Origin: Saccostrea cucullata
Lineage: Eukaryota
NCBI RefSeq assembly: GCF_032062105.1
Contig: NW_026932975.1
Location: forward strand, 310,001-374,000
Length of the DNA: 64,000 nt
Direction: 5' to 3'
Shown piece by piece: positions 1 to 21,293 of this stretch; position 1 is the first letter of the stretch; every line of letters starts with the position of its first letter. The notes beneath the pieces were generated by a model. It was given only the letters and a program-made list of their open reading frames with translations, had not been told where the DNA came from and did not search any database. Made by a program: the position numbers and the translations under genes.

Positions 1-5
1 TATAG

Positions 6-9342
<9,337 letters not shown>

Positions 9343-11247
9343 TTAATCGACTCTGGACTGACTTACATAATGAAGAAATTTGTTGTTTATAGAAGGAGTT
9401 TACATGTCTTTGGATTTCTTTTCATCAGTTTTTCTTGTGAGGAACACTTTCATGGGCATTTCAAATAACAGTTTAGACTTTTTACAAAGAGTCAGAATCT
9501 CGAGTGACCCCCCATTTTGTTTTTCTTACCTTTTTTTAAATTGAATATGATCAGTAAAATATACAAAGGTGTAAATTTGAATTGTAACTTATTAGTTATC
9601 TTGAATGAAGATTATCTTTAGATAATTTATGCTGTAACTAGAATTTTTAAAAGTTACATATCATTTGACTGGATTGATTCCCTTCGTTATTCTTACCAGA
9701 ACATATAATTTATTGTTATTTTGTATTTTGTTATCTGTAAGAGGAGAATACCATTGTGAATTGTTAGTTATTTACACTGGTGTTATTCTCATGTTATTTA
9801 CATTATGTTATTTCACTGTTATGCATTTTAGCATAATGATGAACATACATTTAAAGCAATGATTAAAAATGGATGCTACTTTGAAAAATTATTATTATGT
9901 ATATATAAGATAGAGCTGTAAAGTAGTAATGATTGTGCAATATACAAAGTCTATTTCATCAGATGTATTTTTAGCACTATTGTGTTCGTATTTTTTTGTT
10001 TATTTTAGCACACTGAAACCATCTGTGATATTAAGCACGTTAGAACAGAGGGCAGAGCTTGAAAGTGTAATATGCACAAGTTTGTAGAACATTCCAAAAA
10101 ATTTTTCTTCACTTAATTCTGATTGGTTTTTAGTTTCTTATAAACTCACGCTGTGTTTACATTTTTGCATATCTTACTCCTATAAGAGATGTGTCTGAAA
10201 TGTGGGCTTTGTCTACATTCATGACGACATGTCCTATCTGTAATTGAGTTACATGAAAGGTCGCAATGATGTTTGTGCAATCCTGCTTAGATGAAGGATA
10301 CTTAACAACACTAGTACTTGTATTATTGTAATACTTTTTGTTTTCAATGAAATACTACCAACCTCAATTGTTAAAAGAGAAAAAATCCTTCACTATACAG
10401 ATGAAATTTTTTTTTTAAGAACTCCTAAACTTTAAGTTTCAAGGCCATCAAATCTTCAGATGTTTATATATACCATCAAAGCAATTTAAATGGTTGAATT
10501 TTTCCCATATTTGTGTAGTAATTAACAGAAAATATGAATTCATGTATATTAAGTACAAATTTACCAAAGGTACATGGTATAGGAACAAAACTACCGGTAC
10601 ACAATTTGCCAAAAAATTGAATTATCCATCAGTCCTATTGATTTAACAAATTCTTTTTCATCTGTCTCATTTCTAAAGTGACATGGTTCTTAGTTATACA
10701 TACACATGTATTTGATGTGATGTCAGTTGAAAATGTAGTAAAGATTTAAATTTTTTAAAAACTGTGACTTTCTTTCGCATGTATGTCAGGGAACCCTGCA
10801 TTACATGATATTTGATATACTTGCAGAATGTTAATGCTTAATTTTGGTACATAGATTGGTAGAGAAAATCACTAGGAACATGTCTAAGTTAACTCATACT
10901 TGGTATCAGTTTATTTGGCAGTTTTTCTAGATCTCTCATAAAGGTCCCCCCTCCCCATCCCCCTGTAAACACTATTTTATGCCTGGGTCAATATACATGG
11001 TGTTGCAGGATTACTTTAATGGTTAATTATTATGTGTGGAAATGTAGCTTAGTTTTTCATTAGTGCCTGAATTGTTAATTTATTAACAAACAATAATGTT
11101 TTATGACCTCAAGAAAGTTGTGGAATAAGCTATGTTTATCATTTTCTGAAATTTGTCAAATTCAAGCAATTAATGGTAGTATAATGTGAAGTTTTATTCT
11201 TTAATAGAAATTATAATGTCATTATGTATCAAAATCTGCAGAATGTT

Positions 11248-11322
11248 GAAGTTCTTCAGCACATTAGTTCAATTACAAACTTTCGAAGTTCTTCAGCACA
11301 ACAGTTTCGATTACAAACTTTC
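11248..11322. repeat. About 37-bp tandem dimer in the probable OSBPL 3' UTR
   Basis: GAAGTTCTTCAGCACA...ATTACAAACTTTC occurs twice in tandem. Confidence 0.75.
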
Positions 11323-12657
11323 TGAGCAATGTTCATGAAAAATAGTTAATTCACAAACAATTAGATTGTTAGTTAGCACAGAATGAACAAAATTGTGAAC
11401 ATTTAATATTTGTTCACCATTGGGGATGTACAGACATACCTTTAGACTGATATTTTAGTGTAAGCATTACCTGTATAATTTTATACATGTTTTGTGTATT
11501 GTTATTTAAATGAAGTACTTGTAGTTTGTCAGGATATAATTTTTGCTTAAAAACCAAAGATTTTTTTGTCGTAAAATGTTGAACTTGTTAAAATATACAT
11601 ATGTATTTTTTTCTCGAAAGACATGTACATGTACTTTACAGGGAAATTTCCACCACTACAGTGTATTATATTTTGATCCTAGACACAAGTGGGTGAATTT
11701 AAGATGGGGAAAATTCAAAGAAAACAATTTAATTTTTTAGAACTGTGACTTCCAGTAAATTTAAAATGGGGCAAAATTTTTTGCAAATGTGAATGAGCAA
11801 AAATATTGGTAGTTCAACAGTAATGAAATGTTTAGTTTGATGATAAAGTTTCTTGACACACCAAGTATATGAACAAACAATGAAAAACTTCTATTAAAAG
11901 ATTATTGTAGCAATTGAGAATATATTACTTACATGTAAATGTTAAGTTTTTAAATACCGGGTAGTTGAAAATCCATTTTTGTGGGATTGTAAGAATTGAT
12001 ATATGAACCTTTGTCATTACAGGTGCCGTTATGATGTGATTTAATTTAAATTTATGTGATTTGAAGTTATGAGAGAGTTTGCACATTATAAAAACATATT
12101 GCCTCAACATTGCATGCTTTTGTTTGAAAATGCCACTATTGAATTAAAGTTATGCTTTTACAACTTTATTGTTTTACATATTCATGAACTTTAAGATGCT
12201 TTTTATTGGTAGTTTATTCAAGTAAGACTGTGTGAGGATTTCAACATCATGGTACATCATTCAGGTGTTGAAGTTAAAAAGAAAAACAAGCCATCTTTAT
12301 ATCTATGCAGCTTTAAGATCTTTTCCTGACTGGTCTTTCCAAGTGAACTATGGGCGAAGGACATTGTGCATCATGTCTAAAATGAGATTTAAATAATGTT
12401 ATAAAGGTGACAGATAGGTCATTAATTTGGTATGTATTAAACATTTCACAAAAAAAAAAAAAAAAAAAATTGAGTACAATCATACTTGTAGCTGGCTCAC
12501 TTTGCACTTTTGCATTTATTTTAAACAGTTATTCCAACTTCCAAGGCCAAAAAAAGCTGTTTGGAAACATTTAAAGATGAATAAAGTTATGAGATTAGGT
12601 TAATCATGTATGGTTAATTAACAGGGGGCTTAATTGTTTTGAGCAGGGAAAGGCATA

Positions 12658-13438
12658 CTGTATAAGTGGAAATTTTAGCAAGAAGCAAATTTAGCAATTT
12701 TCCTTTAACAAGAAATGTTTTTGAAACACTTATGCCCCACTCCCCCCAAATAATTGGAATTTTTCCAAGTAGAAGGGCATAACTCTGTCAAAAATTGTTC
12801 GATTGTACCCAAAACAGAACTTGACCTAGATGTTCTTATGAAAAATCGATATACCAAATTTCATTTCAGTAGCTGTAAAATCTGCTAAGAAAATAAACTG
12901 AAACTGCAGATAATTTGAATTTTCCAATTCCAACAGGCAGAACACTGTCAAAAATGGCTTGATAGTTATCAAAACAGAACTTGTCCTAGATATTCTTATG
13001 ACAAATCTGTATGCCAAATTTCTTTTCAGTAGGTCTAATTACCTGCGAAAAAAATTTAGGAAACTGCAAATAATTTGAATTTTTTCTAAGTCCAAGGGTC
13101 ATAACTGTCAAAAAAAAACCAGTAGTTTATTGTACTCAAAATAGAACTTGACCTAGATATTCTTATAAAAAATCTGTATCCCAAATTTCTTTTCAGTTTA
13201 ACCTCTGCGAAGAAAATAAGGCAGCAAATCAATATGCCCTCCCTTCTTTGAAAGGGGGCATAAAAATGATATTTCACTCTTAGTGAGATGCAATTTTTAC
13301 CGTTTTAAAATGCTCACTATAGAAGCTATTACAAATATCACACAATTAATTTTTAGCGATATTCAATTTTAGTGGTCTCGGCACCCGCACTGATCATGCC
13401 AAAATTAAATCCTTGCTAAAAATTCTGCTTAAATGCAG
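12658..13438. mobile_element. TA-flanked MITE with a nested Helentron-derived (HINE-like) element at 12707-13266
   Basis: Outer TIRs CTGTATAAGTGGAAATTTTAGCAAG / CTTGCTAAAAATTCTGCTTAAATGCAG|TA. The inner element starts AACAAGA, has about three 160-167-bp repeats (G[A/T]CCTAGAT at about 12823, 12983, 13150) and ends in a hairpin followed by GGCATAAAAA. Confidence 0.72.
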
Positions 13439-13440
13439 TA

Positions 13441-16400
13441 GGTGAGCTAAAAACAAAAGTACTGGTTGCTAAAAAACTTATTCTCAAGAACCACTAAGCA
13501 GATTATCACCAAACTTGCACACAAGTATGAGGATATAATTGTTCAAGACATCACCCTAGGGCAAAAGGTGTGGTCTCAAGGTCACATCAAAGATGACCCA
13601 AAATTATGTTTTGTTAGAAGTTTTATAGTTTGCTTACTGTAAGGACTAGGATAATCAAATCTTGTAAATTGATTGCATTTTAAGACCTCGTATCTTTGAC
13701 TCAAAAGTAGGTCACAGTGACCTACTGTTTTAATTTTGCAGGCATTTATTTTCAAATTGACTTTGAGACACATTTTGGACACTTGAAGGCCTATGATCAT
13801 CAAATTTTGTCAGTTGATGCATCTTGGGTTTTGAAGTAAGTCAACTGTATAGTAAGTAGTTCACTGTAACCTACTTTTTGAATTTTATGGCTAATCTTCT
13901 TCAGAACCTATAAGTCCATAATTCCAGATACTGAGACTTTGTAAGTTGATGCATCTTGAGGCCTTTATTAACTCCTCTGAGCCAAAGCTCAAAGAGCTTA
14001 TGCTATGGCCATTTGTGCGGTGTACATAAACTTTTCAGAATATAGGCCATTACTCAAGAACCCTTTGGCAAATCATTGTCAAATTTGTCACAGGGTATCC
14101 TTGGCCCAAGGGCTACCATTTATACTAAATCTAGGGTTGGGACCCTTAAACAAAGGGTGATAATCAGGAAAATAAAACCAAAAGTACTGTTGCTAAAAAA
14201 TCTTTTTCTCTAGAACCACCTGGCAGATTATCACCAAACTTACACACAAGGATGAGAATTAGTTGAAAATTATAAATTGTTCAAGGCATCACCCTGGGGC
14301 AAAGGGCAAGGTCTCCAGGTCATTTCAAAGTTGACCAAAAATTACACTTTATAAAAACATTGATATTTTGCTTACTATAAAAACTAGGATCATCAAATCT
14401 TGTAAGGTGATGCATCTTAGGACTTCACATCATGTTTACTCAAAAGTAGGTCACAGTGACCTACTTTTTAAATTTTTTGCAGGCATTTGTTTTCAAATTG
14501 ATTTGGAGGCATATTTTGGACACTTTAAGGCCTATGTTCATCAAACTTTAATTGTCAGTTGATGCATCTTGGGTGGTTGAAGAATCTTAAAAGGGTGGTT
14601 GACCTACTTTTTGAATTTTATGGCTAATCTTCTTCAGAACCTATAAGTCCATAATTCCAGATACTGAGACTTTGTAAGTTGATGCATCTTGAGGCCTTTA
14701 TTAACTCCTCTGAGCCAAAGCTCAAAGAGCTAATGCTATGGCCATTTGTGCGGTGTACTTAAACTTTTCAGAATATAGGCCATTACTCAAGAACCCCTCG
14801 GCCAATCATTGTCAAATTTGTCACAGGGTATCCTTGGCCCAAGGACTACCATTTATACTAAATCTAGGGTTGGGACCCTTAAACAAAGGGTGATAATCAG
14901 GAAAATAAAACCAAAAGTACTGGTTGCTAAAAAATCTTTTTCTCTAGAACCACCTGGCAGATTATCACCAAACTTACACACAAGGATGAGAATTAGTTGA
15001 AAATTATAGTTCAAGGCATCACCCTGGGGCAAAGGGCAAGATCTCCAGGTCATTTCAAAGTTGACCAAAAATTACACTTTATAAAAACATTGATATTTTG
15101 CTTACTATGAAAACTAGGATCATCAAATCCTGTAAGGTGATGCATCTTAGGACTTCACATCATGTTTACTCAAAAGTAGGTCACAGTGACCTACTTTTTA
15201 AATTTTTTGCAGGCATTTGTTTTCAAATTGATTTGGAGGCATATTTTGGACACTTTAAGGCCTATGTTCATCAAACTTTAATTGTCAGTTGATGCATCTT
15301 GGGTGGTTGAAGAACGTCAACTTAAAAGTAGGTCCCCTTGACCTACTTTTTGAATTTGATGGCTTATATCTTCAAAAACATTTAAGGCAATTATTTCAGA
15401 TACTGAAAGGTTTAGAATCATCAAACCTTGTGAGTTGTAGCATCTTGGGGCCTCAAAACATTTTTGTCGACAGGGGGCCACAGTGACCTTTTTAAATTTT
15501 GCAGGCATTTGTTTTCAAATTGTTAAAATGGCATATTTTGAATATTTTCAAACCTATGATCATCAAACTTTGTCAGTTGATGCATATTGGGTCTTCAAAG
15601 AACGTCTACTCAAAAGTAGGTCACGGTGACATACTTTGACATTTTATGGCTATATTTAAATATCTCAGGTACTTATTGGCTTAGAATCATAAAACTTTGT
15701 CAATTGAAGTATCTTGGGTTTTCGGAGACAGTCAACCAAAAAGTAGGTAACAGTGACCTACTTTTGACTCCTTTGACATTTTATGGCTATATTGAAGTAT
15801 ATTCTCTGGTACTTATTTGCTTTATTACTAAGAATCATCAAAATTTGTCTGTTGATGCATCTTGCATGGGTCTTTGGAAAATGTTGACCAAAATGTAGGT
15901 CACAGTGACCTACTATTAACATTTTATGACTCTACTGTAGAAGCACAAATTTTCGTGGGCATAAAATTTCATTGTTTTGTCATCAAAAATAATTTTGTGT
16001 GCATTTAATTTCATTGTTTTAAAACTAAACCTATTCTATATATAGTCAGATAAAATTTCATGTGGGATTTAATTTCGTTGAATTTTGTTAACAACGAAAT
16101 AAATGAAATTTAATCCCCCACGAATATTTGTGCTTTTACAGTATTTAAATCTCAGGTTCCTGTTGGCTTAGAATCATCAAACTTTGTCAGTTGATGCATC
16201 TTGGGTCTTGGAGAATGTCAACCAAAAAAGAGGTCACGGTGACCTGCTGACTATATTCAGGTATCCAAGGTACTTATTAGCTTAGAATCATCAATCCTTG
16301 TCAATAGAGGTAACTTGGGTCTTCGGAGAACGTCAACCAAAAAATAGTTCATGGTGACCTCATTTGAAATCTAATTGCTATACCTCAGGTACTTAAAAGT

Positions 16401-17580
16401 TTAGAATTATCAAGCTTTGTCAATTGATGCATATTGGGTCCTCAGATAATGTCAACCAAAAAGTAGGTCAGGGTCACCTATAAGCTACTTTTGAAATTTT
16501 ATGGCTATATTAAATTATTTTCAGGTTTTTATTGGCTTAGAATCTACAATCTTTGTCAGTTGATGTATCTTAGGTCCTTGGAGAATGTCAAACAAAAAAG
16601 TAGGTCACAGTGACTTGGGTATTTTAAAAATTTTATCGCTGTATTCAAATATTTCAGGTCTTGAATTGCTTAGAATTATCAATCTTTGTCAGTTGATGCA
16701 TCTTGGGTCTTCAGAGAAGGTCAACTAAAATGTAGGTCATGGTGACCTAATTTTGAATTTTTTGGAAAATTTAAAATATTTCTACTTATACGGTATTTAA
16801 ATACTTTTCATCAAACTTTGATGCATCTTGGGTCTTCAGAGAAGGTCAACTAAAATGTAGGTCATGGTGACCTAATTTTGAATTTTTTGGAAATTTTAAA
16901 ATATTTCAGGTACTTTTAAGCTAAGAAACTCTGTTCAGTTGATGCATCTGTTTCCTCAGAATGTGTTAAATAAAAAGATGGGGACCTACTTTTGGAATTT
17001 CTAGGCATTTTTTGAATATTTCAAGTAATAAGAGTCTTTTAAGATAATCAAAACTTTTTCATTTGAGGCATTTTGGGGTCTCAGAGTATGTTTACCAAAA
17101 AGTAGGTTACTGTGACCTACTTTTGAAATCTCATGGCTATATCTTTATATTTCAGATAACAAGGGGCTTAAAATCATCACACTTTGTCATTTGATTATTC
17201 TGCACTCTTAGTGTTTTAACCAAAATATAGGTCTTGATGACCTAATTTTGCAATTTCAAGGCTTTATCTATATGTACAGGATACTTAGAAGCTTTGAATA
17301 GAAGTGATAGATTGTATATTTATCAGAAGATCGATTCAAGGCCCTTGGGCCTCTTTTTTTTTTAAAGTAGGTCATATTGACTTACTTTTTGAAATTTGCA
17401 GGCATTTGTTTTGAAATTGTTTTAGAGGCATGTTTTGAACACTTTTTAAAGATGTATGATTGTCAAACTTTGTCAGTTGATACATCTTGGGTCCTCGAAT
17501 AATGTCAACTAAAGAGTAGCTAGGTCACATTGACTTCTTTTGAAATGTAAGTACATTGACCCCATGGGCCTCCTGTTTCA
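13441..17580. repeat. HINE-associated satellite-like array: about 730-bp higher-order duplication, then about 120-bp tandem monomers
   Basis: 13870-14584 is nearly identical to 14603-15314, with an older copy from about 13453. A monomer resembling TCATCAAACTTTGTCAGTTGATGCATCTTGGG...AAAGTAGGTCACAGTGACCTAC repeats to about 17550. HINE-like heads at about 13965 and 14697; GGCCCTTGGGCC / CCCATGGGCC hairpin ends at about 17340 and 17560. Confidence 0.85.
15935..16141. mobile_element. Tc1/mariner-type MITE inserted in the satellite array
   Basis: TA|CTGTAGAAGCACAAATTTTCGTGGG ... CCCACGAATATTTGTGCTTTTACAG|TA; splits one monomer at a TA; same family as 24615-24821. Confidence 0.82.
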
Positions 17581-17974
17581 AGTCCAGCTGCTGACACAAT
17601 TTTTATGCCTTGCTATGAATATGGCCAGGGTGTATATTGTATAGCTCTTCATTTTTCCATCACAGTTTGCGTTTAGATCAGTTTCAAAGATATTATCCAA
17701 GATATTTTAATCAAATATTGCATGCAAGTACATACTGATGAGAACTATTCAACTTCATTTTTTTTCCCCTGGGACTTTCTTTACCCTTACTTTTTCTTAA
17801 ATTTGTGTTTAGGTAAGTTTCAAAGCTCCTTTCAAAGATATTTTTATCAAACTTTAATAATACACTGATACATATCGATGAGAACTATACAACTGCATCC
17901 ACATTTTTGACTTTTCCTTTGACTTCACTTTACTTAATTTTTGACTGACTAATGGCATGTTGTTTTACATATCA

Positions 17975-18278
17975 TCCAAGTATTTTTCATTCACTCATAT
18001 TGAGATGTCACCAAATACAGGTTATGGGCTTCAAAATTACCCCTATAATTGGCACTCATGAACACTGAGCAGTACGAATTCTTTATGATGCTAATGCCTA
18101 CCATGACAGAAGACACAAGTTTAACATCTCATCCTAAAGACCAGTGACTATCCCTTCTAATGCAGGATACTTGGCAAAGGAACAGCCTACATTTATTTCA
18201 TAGGTTTGACATGGTGTGGCCAAAGAGAATCGAACCAGGGTTTCTGATCACAAAGCTAGCTTCCTACTACTAAGCTAT
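17975..18278 (-). mobile_element. Degenerate tRNA-derived SINE
   Basis: The minus strand has A-box-like TAGCTTAGTAGTAGG and B-box GGTTCGATTC followed by a body of about 250 nt. The tail motif TTCACTCATAT recurs at about 22968. Boundaries are approximate. Confidence 0.6.
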
Positions 18279-18286
18279 AATGACTA

Positions 18287-18604
18287 CAATCGCATCATCT
18301 CGGGTCTTTCCGTCAGAGGTCGGAAAAAAACCTCGAATGTATTAAGTTCACTGGATGTTAAAAATTTATACATTTCCTGTTTATTCAAGTATAGGATATA
18401 TGCAGTTAGAAGTCCCTTCTATAGTATATTTTAGGTAATATCATTACATTGAATAAAATTAAACTCCATACTAGTATTCCACAGATAAAAGGTCCCCATG
18501 CATTTATTTCAAAGATCGTGAAAAGGGAGGGTTGTCATGGCATCTACCATATACATTCGAGGTCGTTTTTCCGCTAGTCGGAAAGGCCCGAGAAGTTGCG
18601 GTTG
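18287..18604. mobile_element. MITE with 10-bp TSD (Mutator/MULE-like)
   Basis: ATAATGACTA at 18277-18286 and 18605-18614 flanks about 55-bp imperfect TIRs CAATCGCATCATCTCGGGTCTTTCCG / CGGAAAGGCCCGAGAAGTTGCGGTTG. Confidence 0.78.
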
Positions 18605-20896
18605 ATAATGACTAGTTCATAAAACTATGAAAGCCAGTGAGTATCAAATGAAATAAAAACAATGTCCCATTACCTCGTTATGATATGAGAAAAAGGGCAT
18701 AATTCAAGTTCTTCCAAGGTGAACCATAGATACCTTCCATAAAGTTAATAGTAAACAAAATAATTTTGTGTTATTAAGATGCCACTAGGCCTCTTTATTT
18801 GTCACATTACGTGTAAAATGTACAATATAATTTATACATTCTGTATAATAATAATCTTAGTACTGAGCTGTACAGTATACACAAATGACCCATTCAGTTT
18901 ACCTACAAAGTACACTGCAAATCAGAGAAACTACCCATACACCTTCTGCCATTTAGTGTGTAAACAGATAGCCTACATTTTATAGAAGCTGAAAGATGTT
19001 CCAAAACTACTAACTTTAGTTTTCATCGAGTTAACTTGTCTCTCAATCAGAAAAATGTAATCTGGAACATTAATACATTTGTATTTGAGGTACAATGAAA
19101 GCACATTCCTGCTTGAAAGAGTGAAGCTGGAAAATGCATGCATTTTGTCAGCAAACTGAATGATATTCAAGTTTTTACATGTAAAATCTGTACACCAAAA
19201 TTAAATACACAGAAGGGCAACAATTGTTCACTCTCTCTTTCCACCTATTCACATTGCACGATCAGGAAAGACTTCTCTCAGTACTCCTTTATAAGAAGGG
19301 AGTTCCTCGACAGATCCACAGTAATAACGAGGCCGTTTACCTCCTCAATGACTGATAGACTGTTATGTTGGTTATGTTTCATGATAGCAAGGCAATTACC
19401 AGCAAGCTATTAAAATGTGACAAAAATGGACAAATTTTGTATGTGCAGTATTAGCTATTTTTACTTTCACACTAATAACATTTTTGTAGACTGCACTTTC
19501 TGTTATATTTTTCAGGAAATTTTACTGCAATATGTCAATATGTATCAAAGGAAAAAATCTTTCATAAATCAATTACACACACCATCAAATTATTTAGTTA
19601 CAATTTACAATCAAAATCTTTGTGAAAATGACACAGATAATACCAACAGCAGTATAGAATTTTTCTTTAATAACAGATTCTATATCAGGTATTTTAGGAA
19701 TCCTCTATACATATCCCCAGTAAGTTTCTATTCACAGATGAACTTCTAATCCACAAAAATATTCTATTAATCCTTCAATTTTTTTTGTAATTAAAAAAAT
19801 CACAGTTCTCTGTAGGACTTAAAGGAATTAGTGGTTAAATTTCAATAGGAGGAAAAATCCATGGAAAAGAACTCTGAAAATGGAATTCCTACAGGGGGAT
19901 ATGTATAGTATTTTTCTCAGGACAAACTACAGTGTATATCCTATTTATAGAGATAAAATAAAACACCAGAGAGCAGTCACTCTTCAACACATTCAACAAT
20001 TATACAAAAATGAATATAAACATTTATAATGCAATCTGTAATTCACAGTTTTTTTTTATGACAAGTACATTCGATGCAAGTGCATTCGCACAACCCAATA
20101 TACAGCTTATAAAACCAATAAAAATGCATTCTGGAATTTCAAAGTTTTGTTCTAAATTACAAAAAATTCCTTTTTTTATGATGAATTACAGAGCCTGAAA
20201 AAAAGAACAGGGGCTGAAGTCATGGTGTAAGACCTAAAAAAAGCAAACATGCATAACTACAACACATGACAACTATGAAAGACTATAACAACTGGATTCA
20301 CAGACTTAAAACTTGCAAAGAAATACACTTGGTTTCTACAGAATAGCATCTCTACTTGAATTGTGTTAAATTCTGTTGGTAGAGAGTAAAAATGGAAAAT
20401 TAAAATGGAACATGTTCTTTTAGACTAAATTCATCTTCATTTTTTTTTCTTCAGTCAGTTGTACAGAAATCATATACATAGTTGGATTATATTAATTGCA
20501 ATGATTTTGCTGATAAATGATAGAAAAAAATTTATAAGAAAAAAATATGGATCCAAACCTAATGCAAAATAAAAATTATGCTTCCGTTTATCAACACTTT
20601 AGGTAATTGGAAAGATGTACAAATGGTTCAAAGCAATCTGATAAAAGAAATCTAAGTAAGATTTTGTGTACGTCCTAATTCATGTGTAAAGTTTACATTT
20701 TCTTTATTAGAAACAACACAAAGTTCATAGAATATTCAGTTTTGTGAACCACACCTTGTTTCTGTTTTTTAAATCCAAGGACATCCCTAAGGAAAAAACA
20801 TTTGACTGATCTTTATCCTTTAAAACTGTTCACATAAGAAAACGTTTGTGATTGGATCATTCTTGAAGTCCTGTTCACCAATCATTTGTCTTGTTA

Positions 20897-21261
20897 CTAC
20901 TTGCAGCATCCTCCCTCTGATTGCTGTGTTTGTTGGCTGTTTACATGTACGCCCCCTTGTCGTGAGGGTGTTGGTCCTCCGCCTTCATTCTTGGGCAGTT
21001 TCTTAGCTAGAAAAACAGAAGTCCAACTTTTAGATATGTGTAATCTTATATGTCTAATACTTTGTAGGATTATCATGTTAAGTACAAAATCAATGTCTCA
21101 TAAATGAAGTGATACCACTGTCTTCTATACTTAGGCCAAGCTTAAAAAATTCTTTGTTTGCAGTTGCTGACCTATAATTTTTAGCTCACCTGAGCCAAAG
21201 GCTCAAGTGAGCTTTTCTGATCACCTTTTGTCCATCGTCCGTCCGCCTGTAAACTTTTAAC

Positions 21262-21293
<32 letters not shown>

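Noticed and set aside
14368-15898. Duplicated 63-90 aa ORFs in the ORF track
   Set aside because: Chance frames inside the tandem repeat array; no protein motifs
15290-17560. Regularly spaced repeats with short palindromes resembling a CRISPR array
   Set aside because: Whole monomers repeat with no unique spacers; eukaryotic context and no cas genes
18215-18278. tRNA gene (also a similar stretch at about 55708-55780)
   Set aside because: Only A/B-box remnants without a foldable cloverleaf; better explained as SINE heads
19138-19749. 91- and 110-aa plus-strand ORFs
   Set aside because: Antisense to the probable Rab5 3' UTR; AT-rich low-information translations
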